Shown: positions 21,097 through 32,209 of the stretch, piece by piece
Layout: every line of letters begins with the position of its first letter
Numbering within the stretch: the first letter of the stretch is position 1
Source of the DNA: Mayamaea pseudoterrestris
Taxonomy: Eukaryota
Length of the DNA: 64,000 nt
Direction of reading: 5' to 3'
Assembly: GCA_027923505.1 (NCBI GenBank)
Contig: BROI01000035.1
Location: 124,001 to 188,000 of the forward strand
Made by a program: the position numbers and the translations under genes
Notes under the pieces: generated by a model
What the model saw: the letters and a program-made list of their open reading frames with translations, nothing else
The model's database searches: none
What the model was told of the DNA's origin: nothing

Positions 21097-21104
21097 TGAC
21101 GTCA
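21097..21104. promoter_or_regulatory. Palindromic TGACGTCA (CRE/bZIP-type) element in the divergent promoter shared by PGR5 and a plastid-protein gene
   Basis: Exact 8-bp palindrome midway in the roughly 340-bp head-to-head intergenic region, with a second ACGTCA at 21145-21150. Function is inferred only. Confidence 0.3.
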
Positions 21105-21268
21105 GCACTTCTTTGCATGGTCATCAGGGTTAAGGCTTTCGAACACGTCATCTTCGCGGTGCATGCATTCCAGCACGCGACCACCACCATGATCCTGATC
21201 CTCACCTGCCTTTCTTGTTAACGCGACTACAAATTCACAGCCCTTGTGTATTGCTCTATCAGATAGCA

Positions 21269-21685
21269 ATGAAATCAATTGTATCCATTCTTCTCTTTAC
21301 TCTGGCGCTAATTGTCTCGTCGGCTGATGCCTTTGGCGTGAACAAAATGTCATCGCTGGGCAGCTCTGGAGGAACATCCTTTGTCATCTCACAACGACCA
21401 ACTCGAGTAGCTACCGGTAGCAGCAACAATAGTAGCCACCAGCGCATTACTCGCGGAGACATGCGTATGGGAAACGTTGCCAAGTTTGGCGTATTTTCGC
21501 CGGCAGTCGTTGTCGCCAAGCTCGTCTTGGGACAAGAAAAATTGAACAAGATTCGAGGCAAGGCCATTGCCCTTCACAGTGAAAAGATCTCACAGTTCTC
21601 CGAGTGGCTGGGAGCGTACCACCTTCGAACGAAGCTTATCAAGAAGGCCAAGCAAAACGGAGACGTTCTTGGGTTCCTCGTGTAA
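21269..21685 (+). CDS. PGR5: PROTON GRADIENT REGULATION 5, plastid precursor
   Basis: Bipartite presequence (SSADA-FGV). Mature region GVFSPAVVVAKLVLGQEKLNKIRGKAIALHS...LIKKAKQNGDVLGFLV matches the PGR5 consensus. Confidence 0.92.
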   Translation: MKSIVSILLFTLALIVSSADAFGVNKMSSLGSSGGTSFVISQRPTRVATGSSNNSSHQRITRGDMRMGNVAKFGVFSPAVVVAKLVLGQEKLNKIRGKAIALHSEKISQFSEWLGAYHLRTKLIKKAKQNGDVLGFLV

Positions 21686-21951
21686 GGATTGGGAGCGAAA
21701 ACCTAACATAGTGGCGAAATCAAAGGCACTAGCATTCTAGCATCGACATGTTACTTTACTTTGCAATAATACGTTTGGCTTACAAATAGGTATAGCCCAA
21801 AGTGTCTGTACTTGAGTGCTATCTCAGTGTACCAGTGTACAGGCAATCATTGCACGTCATCGTCCACCATCATTCGCTCACAAGCAAGACAACATGAGTC
21901 TACTCGTCATTCTCAATCACTGCTTTTCTTCTTCTGCTTCTTCGTCGTCGT

Positions 21952-23979
21952 CTACTTCATTGTTCGTCGCTTCTTCGCCGGGCTGGAACCTGCGGATTCA
22001 TCAGCAGCAGGTCGCTTCTTGTCCAGGTCGGCTAGACTACCATCCATCACCTCAACCACATCATCATCATCGTCTTCTTCCTCGGCTGCAGGCTTACTCG
22101 CCACACCATCCGCCCCAACAAGGTTGCTACTGTCGCTTTTAACAGGTACTGGCTTGCTGCTGCCGAGGTTGAACTTATACTTATTTTCGTCGCCTTCCGA
22201 AGAAGTATCCTCGTCAGTCTCTTTCTCCCACACATCTTGCTGCGTCACAACAATTTCCACTTCAAGTTCCTGCGAAAAATCGTCAATCAAAAGTGTAGCA
22301 CCATTCTTGATGCCACCATAAGGAAGAGCCGTCAACATCTTGCCCGCGTTTTCGCCGAAACTCTCCACGTCGGCACCTTCGCCTTCTTCCCAGACGCAGT
22401 TGCCTTCAATCATGACGGATGGCTCGGCAAAACCAAGCTCCTGTTTGACAATCTTTTCCAAAAACTCGGCAAAAGTCCAATTGTTGACATTCATTGCCAG
22501 CGGAATGCTTGCTGCCTTGCGACATACATAACATTTTGGGTTCGGCGGCTCCAAACTCGCCGCCGTGAGCAACTGACCGTTGCGCGTCGTTTCGCGCAAA
22601 ATGTTGCCATATCGACACTTGGTTGCCAGTCCACCCGACTTGTTGCCAGACTCTTTTTGCTGCCGGAGAATGATGAAGGCTTGAAGAATTTGAAGACCAG
22701 CGGCAATGGCATTCGTCGTGGCAATCGCCGGAATAATGTTTCCAGCAATGCCCTTGGCCGAGTAAAAGGATTGTATTGGTTCAATTCCAAACACATAGCT
22801 TCGAAGGTTAGATGTAACCGTGACAAATCGCATGCTGAGCAAGTCGTCCTTGTCAAACGACGGCAAAACTTGACCAGTCTGTGCTTCCTGCAGGCAATCT
22901 ACAAACTCGGCAATGCAGTCAGTAATAGTAGGAATGTCCGTCTGCTTGTACTTTGCAGTCTTGAATGGAGCAGTCTGTTCAATGGCAGAGTCGATGGCTT
23001 TGGCATCCATTGGGACAGGCGTCTTGAGGGCCGTCTTATACCGGTCCATGTCAAGCTGCTTGATAATTTCGTCGCGATAAAACTTGTGTAAAAGCTTCTT
23101 GGCGGCTTGCTGCTTGGCAGAGTTGCTGTTTCCATCATCATTCGCTGCCATGATCTTGCGAAAGTCCGAGACAGCTTCCATAACGACGGAATTATCCGGC
23201 CCATCGGGATCTTCGTACAACATGCTTTCTTCTACCTTTTCGTGGAACAATAGCTTGTAAAACTCCTTTGCCCAAACGATGGTATGTACCGGCATGGACG
23301 GTGTCGATCTGCATGATTTGTATGAGCAATGTTTTTAGAAACAGACGCGATCGGAAAGTGAGCCGACTAGTGCTCTTACGGTGAGTAACGCTCATAACAC
23401 TCTCATTTCATTCCCATATCAAACTCACCGAATCGTACAAATCGGATAAACCTTTTGCGTCTCCTGCGTCTTGCATTCATAACAAGCTACTCCCGACTCC
23501 TTGTCAATGACATTGACTTGTCCCAAGTAGCCCGTCGTGCCAGCTTCCACGAGCGGCACCCCTGCCGCCAAGCAAATGCGATTGACGCGACGACGAGCCG
23601 TGACGTTGTCGAGGGCGTTCAAAACCAAATCAAAATTTTGCTGAACGAATTGCGTATTGAAAAATGAATTGTCGCAAACATTGCCGAGGTGCGGAATATA
23701 TTCAACTTGCGAGGACGCCATGTTTGCAGCAACTTGACAAGCAACCGTGCATTTTGGTTGCCCAACGTGCTGACTCCGAAACAAAAGCTGACGATTCAGG
23801 TTTGAGACGTCAATCGTATCAAGGTCAATGACATGGACTTTGCGAAAGCCGCAAAGAGCTAGATTCTTGAGCAGCTCGCATCCAATGCCGCCAGCTCCAA
23901 CGACGAGCAATTGTGCGTCGCGAATCTTTTGCAAGAGGTCGGAGCCGACAGTTGCTTCCATTCCAGTCAGTTGATTCAT
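21952..23979 (-). CDS. UBA2: SUMO-activating enzyme subunit 2; exons 23979-23429, 23308-21952
   Basis: VVGAGGIGCELLKNL, DLDTIDVSNLNRQLLFR, CYEC, the spliced active site YPICTIR|STPSMPVHTIVWAK, FDKDD, AGNIIPAIATTNAI, PPNPKCYVC, and a C-terminal NLS PAKKRR. Confidence 0.95.
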
Positions 23980-25060
23980 GTGCTCGATCACTTCGATTAT
24001 AGTTGTAGCGATGTATTCAATGTATTCGTGACGACGCTAACAAGGGGATAAGCAGCCGGGCAGAGAAACGGTACTATGCCGCAGCGGACAAGGAAGTATG
24101 TTCATGGCGACCGACGACTTTGGACTGGATCGTCAATTGGATTGTCGTAGCGCGACTAACTGCGACTTACAGCTAGCTATTACGAGTATGAGTAATGATA
24201 CGTACGGTATTCGGATGCTCTCTCATCTTGGAAATGACAAAATAGCATTTGCCATATCATACCATCAATGGACAGTGCACATACAAGTTCTGGTTAGGAT
24301 GGGTTTACATTGACAAGACTCTAGTCATTTCAATGATGCTATCTTGTGCCTGTATTCACACTTGCCTGCCAAAAGCAGCAGTCTAGTTAAAAACTGACAC
24401 GCACATGGAAGCTACGTCTATTTCTCTGGACAACAGCTCATGCGGACAGTGGTTATGCAACATTGTAAAGATAGGTGGTCCCAAGCCAACAATGATGCTC
24501 CTCTGGCATTGCTCGGTTCAAAAAGCTTTCCAATGCATTAGAGAGTGCACGTTTCGTTCTTTACCTTATGCAAGACCCCTTACTATGAAATTCGGTTGCT
24601 GCAAGGCAGGTATGCATATAGCGCGACGTTGCGGTAGTTTCTCGCGGGCATGCCTTCTGTCGGCACGTTCTTTCCCGAACCTTATGTTTCGAGGTGCGCC
24701 CTTGCGGTGATGTCTCGCTGCACTTTGCGGAAGGCAAGTGTCAAGGAAACGTCAAAAACCCGGATCCAAGGAGATCGCAAGGAAGAAGAAACCAACGAGG
24801 AAAGGCGAACACTTTTTTCTCCGCCCTCGTCAAGCATCCATTGAACTCAATGTTACAGGATTGATCCCGGTATTTCACTTCTTTGATACAATCTTTCTAG
24901 CTTGATATAAATACGTAAGTACTTTACTTTTCGCTAGAAGCTCATCGAGGCATTTGTCAATTACCATTGATCCATTGACATCCTCGCATCCTTCGGCGTA
25001 TCTTTTTGCGCCTCGACCTTCGCTCACTCTTGACGTCGTCTTGCTGCAGCTCTTACCACC

Positions 25061-26190
25061 ATGTCTACGCAAACCATGACGATTGAACCTTTCACAGTTG
25101 AGGAGCTGATCCAGTCGGAGTACTTTCCGTCTACCAAGCCGCAGCAGAGCAACCATCACTCGTTGTCGACCATGATGACACTGCTCAGCCCCAAGTATCA
25201 GCCCACGCTGGAGGCTGTATTGAAGAAGCTACAAGCGACTTCTACTACTCTGGAGGAAGTCACAAAGACTCCCAAGATGGTGTCGTTTTCGGCAGATGAT
25301 ATCAAAATCATTGCGGCTGAAGCTCTTCGCATCACGAACGAGCAAACCATTGTCTCGCCCATTACCAGCAACGACGAGGAATCGAATGGTACGTTTCGTT
25401 TCAAATCAAATGAGTAGTCCTGCTATTCGCCTGCGACTTCATTGCCGTATACTGACGAGATTTACCTTATCTTTGACTCGCAGAAATGGACTCACGCATG
25501 CAACTATCGCAAATGCCAACTACCGGTACATCATGTTCATCATCCCCGACTACAACCACCATTAACTCGATCAATATTGCTTCTACGTTTCGTCTCAACA
25601 AGTTTGTCCGTATCTTGCATGACATGCTTATTGCCGAAGCCGATTCTGGCATTGTTGAGTGGCGTCGTGGCTTGCTTGTGCTCCACAGCACGGATATGTT
25701 TGCCAAAACAATTCTTCCCAAGTATTTCAACACGCGCAACTTTAAGACATTTCGCCGTCAATTGAACTACTATGGCTTTGTTCATGTCCGAAGTTTTAGC
25801 ACAACTGGATCAGCCACGACGGCCTTGTGGGTGAATCGAGAGCTGGCGCAGTCTGGAACCAACGACATTGCGTCGGTGCTTTTGCTTCGCCGCGTCGAAC
25901 CGGATCAAGTTAACAAGACTGCCGAAGGCCGACGAGTGCGTAAAGAACAAGCGATACACACGGTGGAAGATGACATTGGAGTTAACCAAAAGAGCTTGCA
26001 GATGGAACAGATTAGGAGCACGACGATGCGCCGAGTCGTCTATGCGGATGTGGTAACGTCTGCTACTTGTACAGCACAAACAGTGACTAAAAGTTTACCA
26101 ACGACAGCGTGCACCATGGATTCGTCTTCTGGTGACAACGACGAGAATGCAAGCGCTGCAAACTTGTTACTGCTTCTTTCAAGGTCGTAA
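25061..26190 (+). CDS. HSF-type DNA-binding transcription factor; exons 25061-25388, 25484-26190
   Basis: HSF domain KFVRILHDML...IVEW...FAKTILPKYFNTRNFKTFRRQLNYYGF. The GTACGT..CAG intron at 25389-25483 is in frame. C-terminal AANLLLLLS motif. Confidence 0.88.
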
Positions 26191-26925
26191 GCGACACGAT
26201 GAAGCAAACGACGGACTACGAGATGAGACAACATTTGCTCCTTTAATGACGGTCAAAACTGAATCAATTATATCTCTAGCTAATACCTACACCTTCGCGG
26301 TTAGCTTTGGATTGCACTTTTGATTTCCGTAGTCCTTTAAACGCGAACCGACACTTGAACGGCCGTGCATGTAAATCATCCCAAGCCAGCTCGAGACGAC
26401 GCCATTCGAAATATCTTTTAACAGATCGGATGCAGTCACGATATACATTGGCATCTATCATGCCACTACGCGGCAGTTCAACCTTCTTATTCGCGTTTAC
26501 CAGCTTGGCCCTCTTTGCTATCGTATGGGGTGGTCACTTCGTCACTTCCACCTCCAGGATTTCTACTCACGTATTGTTTCTTCGTTGCCAGGGACGCAAG
26601 CTCGGCATCGCCTTCTTTAATACATCGCAACCAAACAACCAGAGTCATAACGTTGACTCATCAATCAATGCCTTTTGTGTTGTAGCTATCGATTCGACCG
26701 AACGATGTGCGGCTTGTGCGGCACGTCAGTCTACAAAACTTGCATTCGACAAATGCAACTTACTGACCGGCTGCGGCTATTAGAGCTTGGTTGCGCGATC
26801 AAGATGGACGATCTTCGTAACTAAAGTAACCGCGATGCCTTTTTAATCAAAAATCGGGATCACTTTGTGCTTTATGCTGACTTACAAGACAGGATCAATC
26901 AACACCACTCCGTCTAAAATCTCGA

Positions 26926-27385
26926 GGCAACACAATTTCGAAACAAGGGCAGCGAAAATGCGTCAACAGGCAATGGTGTGAAACGAGTGCAAGTGTCAAT
27001 TACGTCACAAGGCAATAGTGTTAAACGAGTGCCAGTGAAAACTGCGTCGCGAGGCAATAGTATGAAACGAGTGCCAGTGTCAATGACGTCATAAGGCATT
27101 ATTGTGAAACGAGTGCCAGTGTCAATTACGTCAAGAGGCAATACTGTGAAACGAGTGCCAGTGTCAATTACGTCACAAGGCAATAGTGTGAAACGAGTGC
27201 CAGTGAAAACTGCGTCGCGAGGCAATAGTGTGAAACGAGTGCCAGTGAAAACTGCGTCATGAGGCAATAGGTTAATCGAGTGCCTGTGAAAACTGCGTCA
27301 TGAGGCAATAATGCGAAACGAGTGCCAATGAAAACTGCGTCACGAGGCAATAGTGTGAAACGAGTGCCAGTGAAAACTGCGTCAT
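26926..27385. repeat. 42-bp minisatellite, about 10 copies plus 1 degenerate copy
   Basis: Unit GGCAATAGTGTGAAACGAGTGCCAGTG(AAAACTG/TCAATTA)CGTCNNRA starts at 26969, 27011, 27053, 27095, 27137, 27179, 27221, 27263 (41 bp), 27304 and 27346, with a degenerate copy at 26926. Confidence 0.95.
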
Positions 27386-27606
27386 CATTGTGTTGGCGCA
27401 ACCACCATGAACATCATCTGCCTCCGTCGACCCGCTGGCCGAATCTCCATGCGTTTTACGTGAGCGATTCAGCTTGTAAAACATAATTGCATTGAGCAGC
27501 TGTAGCCCACTTTTCGTTTTGCTGAAGGATTCCTCCACCTTATTGCTTTTGTTCTCGCACTCAATACGATCGATAGACCCGACCACGCTCCGATTGTTTG
27601 ATCATA

Positions 27607-27939
27607 ATGACAATCACAAATGCTGTAGAATATCTGGAGCAACGAATTGCAGCTCTTGAAGGTGGTGCCAAATACGACGCTACCAAGGAGGAAATCCGCA
27701 GAGTGGAAACGGAGTTTTTGCAAAAGCTTAAGGCGATTCGTGCCCAAGTCGTAGCGGAGCAACAGGGACGAGGGGGGTTGACTTCAAATGCAGCAGATAC
27801 TGCGGAGCTAGTGAGATTGCGTGACGAGAACGCGAAACTGAAGCTACAGAATGAAAAGCTCTCACACCGCGTCAAGCACGTTGTGACGAATTTGAACATG
27901 CTTTTGGATGAAAAGAATCGGCAGCAGGCAAGCGAGTGA
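27607..27939 (+). CDS. Small coiled-coil protein, unknown function
   Basis: 110-aa ORF from ATG 27607 with heptad patterns LEQRIAALE and LVRLRDENAKLKLQNEKLSHRVKHV. Confidence 0.7.
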   Translation: MTITNAVEYLEQRIAALEGGAKYDATKEEIRRVETEFLQKLKAIRAQVVAEQQGRGGLTSNAADTAELVRLRDENAKLKLQNEKLSHRVKHVVTNLNMLLDEKNRQQASE

Positions 27940-28077
27940 GCAAACTACGTATTTACCTCAGCTACATAAGTATGTTTAGGTCATGAAATGCGTGCACGAA
28001 GGAAACCAACGCTGCTGTACGCAGTACATTGCAAGGGATATGTTTTTTCATAGCCAAAAGTAACGTTACTCGTCGCA

Positions 28078-29887
28078 TCATCGAACACTAGTTTCATCCG
28101 TCGACGTCCCTCCACTACCGCCAAGTATATTTTCGTCTACCCACGGCGCCAATGCTAACGCAGCTCCTAATCGTACTGGAACGAACAGACGAGCAATGTT
28201 GGCGCCGGCAAATATGAAACCCAGCACTGCCGCGCGGTCAGTCGTTTCGTTGATCACATCCGGCCAGTGACCCGTCGATTGATAGAGAGCGTAAGCTGCA
28301 ACAGGAAAGGCTACAATCCAAAATGCCAGCTCCGTTAAAACGTAAGCCAATGTTCCGGCGACGCCATATTTTTTCACGTCGCTCATTGACAAGGCTGGTG
28401 CGCCATCGCCATTTTCACTCGACAGAAAGCCAAGTGGATTCCACTGTCCTTCCTTGTCGGAGAGTTTAAAGTATTGATAGGCTGTCATGGCTGGAATACC
28501 GACAATCATGGCCGTTGCCACCAGCGGATTGGGCGTGAACGGCAGATCCAAGCCAAGCTCCCCATACTTGACCAAGTAGCTCGTCGCGAGAGTAGCGGCC
28601 ACTAGCTTGGCGGCCAAGGCTTGATTGCTTTCAACTGCCTTGCTTTTTGCGTCCACAATGAGCGGCATGGCTGCAATTCCCTCCGCAACCAACCCTTCGG
28701 GACTTGTGGATGACTGCGGCAATGGATTCAGATTCGCTAAGGTCCATCCGTTGCTCCGCGCAATCCGGAAGGCCGCAATCATGCACGTCAAGTTGCCGAG
28801 AAACGTCAAGCCAGCCTGCGATGACACCAAGAATTGCAACTCGGGTACGTTGTAGAAAAAGTGGTATGTGCATGCACAGACACCCGAGGCGTGCAGAGGC
28901 AGCATGCCCCATGTGAGCCCCTTCCATTTTGGATTATTTGTAGCCTTGCTAAAGTCCCAAACAAGGCTCATGGCATATAGATATTCAAAGATGGAACTGA
29001 AATGAATCGCCCATGTTGGAATGCTCAAAGCATTGGCTGGTTCGTTGTGATTGACCCATGGCAATGTGAGTGCAAAGTCACTGGGCAAGTCTCCTATTCC
29101 AAACAGAAAGGGTGAGTGCACGCCAAACCCAAGTAGATTGGTGCCGAGCCCACATGCCACGGCAAAGATTCCAGCAGTAGCGAGTGCCAAGTTGCGAGAG
29201 TTGTTCACCGTTTCTTCTGGTGCTGGTTCTGGGTCGGTAAGGGCTTGCTTCAACCCGAGGACCTGCAGGTGTGGAATAGGTGTATGAGTGAATGAGACTT
29301 AGTCGTTGCTGTTCACACGCATTATCTGTATAGAGCATTATAAAGCAGTAATTACTTACCACGAGTACATTTGCCACAGTTAACAGCGACTCTGCGCCTC
29401 CATGCAGCCAATCCACATTGGCCAAGCTTGTTCCATAGACAGCCTTGCTAAGAATTCCACTAGGAATGGTGCTCAGGACGAACACAAGTATAAATTGAAA
29501 GCCAAAGTTCGCCGTGGATGGGATGCGGTTTGCTTTGAACGAGAGAAAGTACAGAAATAGTAGATAGGGTAAAAGTGAAGCTTGAAAGAACATTCCAGCC
29601 AAGTTTTGTCCTTGGTCGGCAAAGGCTGTCAACAAGTCGGATCCGAATGAGGGAATTGCTGATTCAATCACAGCAGAAGTCGCTATGGACGTGAATAAAT
29701 CTTGAGCTTGCGGAAGAGCGATCGAAAAAGCGTCCATTGCGTTTATTGGGTCCAATACCATGTTCAATTTGATATTTGTTGTCGTGGTTGAGGTTCTTTG
29801 AGGAAACGACGTGACAAGACGTGGCGACGTTGGCGCAAAGGCTGCTGCCGGCGCCAGCAAAGCGCCCCAAAGAAATATGCGATGCAT
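28078..29887 (-). CDS. Plastid membrane protein: DUF3593-like plus DUF2499/Ycf49-like plus extra C-terminal membrane domain; exons 29887-29360, 29262-28078
   Basis: AAA-FAP presequence. DUF3593-like FQASLLPYLLFLYFL...LANVDWLHGGAESLLTVANVLV|VLGLK. Ycf49-like ALSIPTWAIHFSSIFEY...WKGLTWGMLPLHASGVCACTYHFFYN. Confidence 0.85.
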
Positions 29888-30187
29888 TCTTATCGTGATG
29901 ATTGTAGCTAATGCGATGCAAAAGTATGGTGAATGATATTGGTTGATTGGTCGTCCATCAGTCGGCGACGGATGGAACGCGTCGGTCGATTCAAAACTTC
30001 AACTTGCTGGCATCACTCTGTGGCGTTCTGCGTCGAACGCTTCATTTAATGACGTCGTCAACTGTGAACGCCTAAGAGCAGCTGTCGATCCAAAGCGCGC
30101 CATCAGAAACTGATCATCGAACAGCCTAACATTGGAAGCAACCATACGACTGTCGTTACTACAACCTGCATAATATAGACTATCAGC

Positions 30188-31767
30188 ATGCATTTCACCC
30201 CAAAAATTGTGCTAACCGCTATCATGCTGCCAGGCGCAGCGGCTTTTGCGCCTTATTCGTCGTCGTCACGCCGTGCCTCTCCACTCTCTGCCACGACCGT
30301 CGAACCACCCACTCGGGAAGCACCAGGCGCTGGATACGTTCCAGCGTGGGAGGATCGACCCGGCAAGCCGCAAGACGAATTTTTAAAATCTGATTTGAGC
30401 CAGGAGGATCTGAGTGAAATGTGGGAATGTCCACTGACGCGATGGGACAGTGATGGGTGCGTAGCATAGCTTGATGCTTTGCCGTCGAAACGAAATTAAA
30501 TGATTTTTGCCGCGTAACCATCTGACTATCTTTTTCATATATAATTGCACACAGAATCAATGTTCGACAGGCGCAGCGAGAAGCTGCCAAAATGCCAAAG
30601 TGCCCAAAAGAGCTGCGAGCAACAAAGGCCGACAATTCACAGGGCATTGCCTACTTCACGAAGAACAGGAATCGCATACGACAAGACTTGTTAAAGCATG
30701 GAGCCGTTTGGTTACGAGGATTTGAGTTGATGCAGGATGTTTCTGGCTTTCGAAGCATGCACGAGGCGCTTGGATTGGAAGCGTGCTTGGATCCCCTACA
30801 TTCCTCTGGTCTGCGCAAGTTTGCATCGGAGCGTGACGCCTTGTACGAGGAAGTAAACAAGCCTTCGTTGCGACAGCATTACATTGGACTACACTGCGAG
30901 TCAACCACCAAGCGTACAGCTGCGTACGCTGCCTTTGTTTGCTTCCAAAAGGCAACCGAAGGGGGAGGTCGATTTCTCGTGGCGGATGGAGCGGCAATTT
31001 TAGCCGAAATGGATACCAAGGTACTAGAAAGGCTCTATGATCGCAAAATTCGCATTAGTGTGAGCAACTTGGATATTCCTCCGGCTTTGCCAGGCTTCGT
31101 CAAGGAAGGTATCAAAGGCTTGGTTGACGCAGCCGTTGCACCAAAGTTTGACATGGACTTGGAAATGGTTTATGAAGCCGATGGCAAGCCTGGTCGGTTG
31201 CAGGTATGTATATCAGCTGCCTTGAAATGTAAAATCTGATTCCTATTGTGATATGCGTTCGTCGCTTAACTCAATATCGTACTCAAACTCTTCAAATCCT
31301 TCCATTCCATCTTGCAGGCCATTGAGTTGGCCGAATCACCCATCAACCGTCACCCCGTCACTGGCTTGCCGGTTTGGTTCAACAATGCGCACAACCACGC
31401 CCGCAAGCTTCGCGACCGTCGTCCTTGCGGTGTCCCCGAGGTTGGCATGACGGAAGTCTTTTATGCCGACACTTTGGAGCCTCTTTCCTTGGAGGATTGT
31501 CAAGAGATCAAGCGAGCGAGTGAGAAGCACATTACTGCACTTAGTATGGAACCTGGCGATGTCCTTTTGGTGGACAATTACCGCGCATTGCATGGTCGCG
31601 ATGTATTCCAGGGCGATCGCTTTCATGCCGTGAGTTGGTTCACCTGGGACGACAAGCCCGAGTGGCGTGGCGATGAGCGACGAATTCTTGAAAAGAATGC
31701 CATGAACAAGGTCATTAATCAAATGATGGACTGGCTGCCAAAAGATTTTGAGTCGAATCAGAGTTAA
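30188..31767 (+). CDS. Plastid-targeted TauD/TfdA-family Fe(II)/2-oxoglutarate dioxygenase; exons 30188-30456, 30555-31203, 31318-31767
   Basis: AAA-FAP presequence. LLKHGAVWLRGF, metal motif IGLHCES (HxE), HPVTGLPVWFN, GDVLLVDNYRALHGR. Two in-frame GT-AG introns. Confidence 0.87.
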
Positions 31768-32209
31768 TAGAGGATCGCACAGTCTACTAGAGCTAAGCTG
31801 ACTAATCACACGCGTCGATTTCGTGAATGTTGTGTGGCTGCGATGAAATGAGATGTAAACATTTGAAGGCAATCAACTAATAATAGAGAAACTTTTGGTT
31901 TAACATGTAGATTTAAGCAGCTTAGCTATCTTGTACAACTATCGGTTTGTACAAGATAGCCTCCGCTTGATGGGCTTCCAATTCGAAAAAGGATCGACAA
32001 GTTGAAGTGTGACATTTCCGGGTGAGTCGGAGTGCGACACGCGCAACTGCGTGCGATCGCGCGTGATGGGATGTAACCGCACAGTTTCTCATCATCGCAA
32101 CTGCGGCTTTTCCGTTCCATCCGATCAAGACGAAATAGCATCAGTAACGAGGGAGGCTTGTGTGTATACGACAATATACAGTCGCTACCGAGCGCTAGAT
32201 TGACTCACG

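Noticed and set aside
22237..23091. Long antisense or alternate-frame ORFs (e.g. 284 aa here, 218 aa at 7219-7875, 294 aa at 50121-51005)
   Set aside because: They overlap well-supported genes and have no motifs; they are shadows of codon bias.
24000..25060. About 1-kb intergenic region with short ORFs between UBA2 and HSF
   Set aside because: No recognisable protein, RNA gene or terminal repeats; probably the regulatory region of the HSF gene.
26276..26920. Possible minus-strand pseudogene or TGA-readthrough frame (in-frame TGAs at 26534, 26567, 26645, 26726)
   Set aside because: Overall stop density across the region is close to random and the peptide has no recognisable homology.
26926..27385. 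CRISPR-like periodic array
   Set aside because: Units are contiguous near-identical 42-mers with no unique spacers, there are no cas genes, and the context is eukaryotic.
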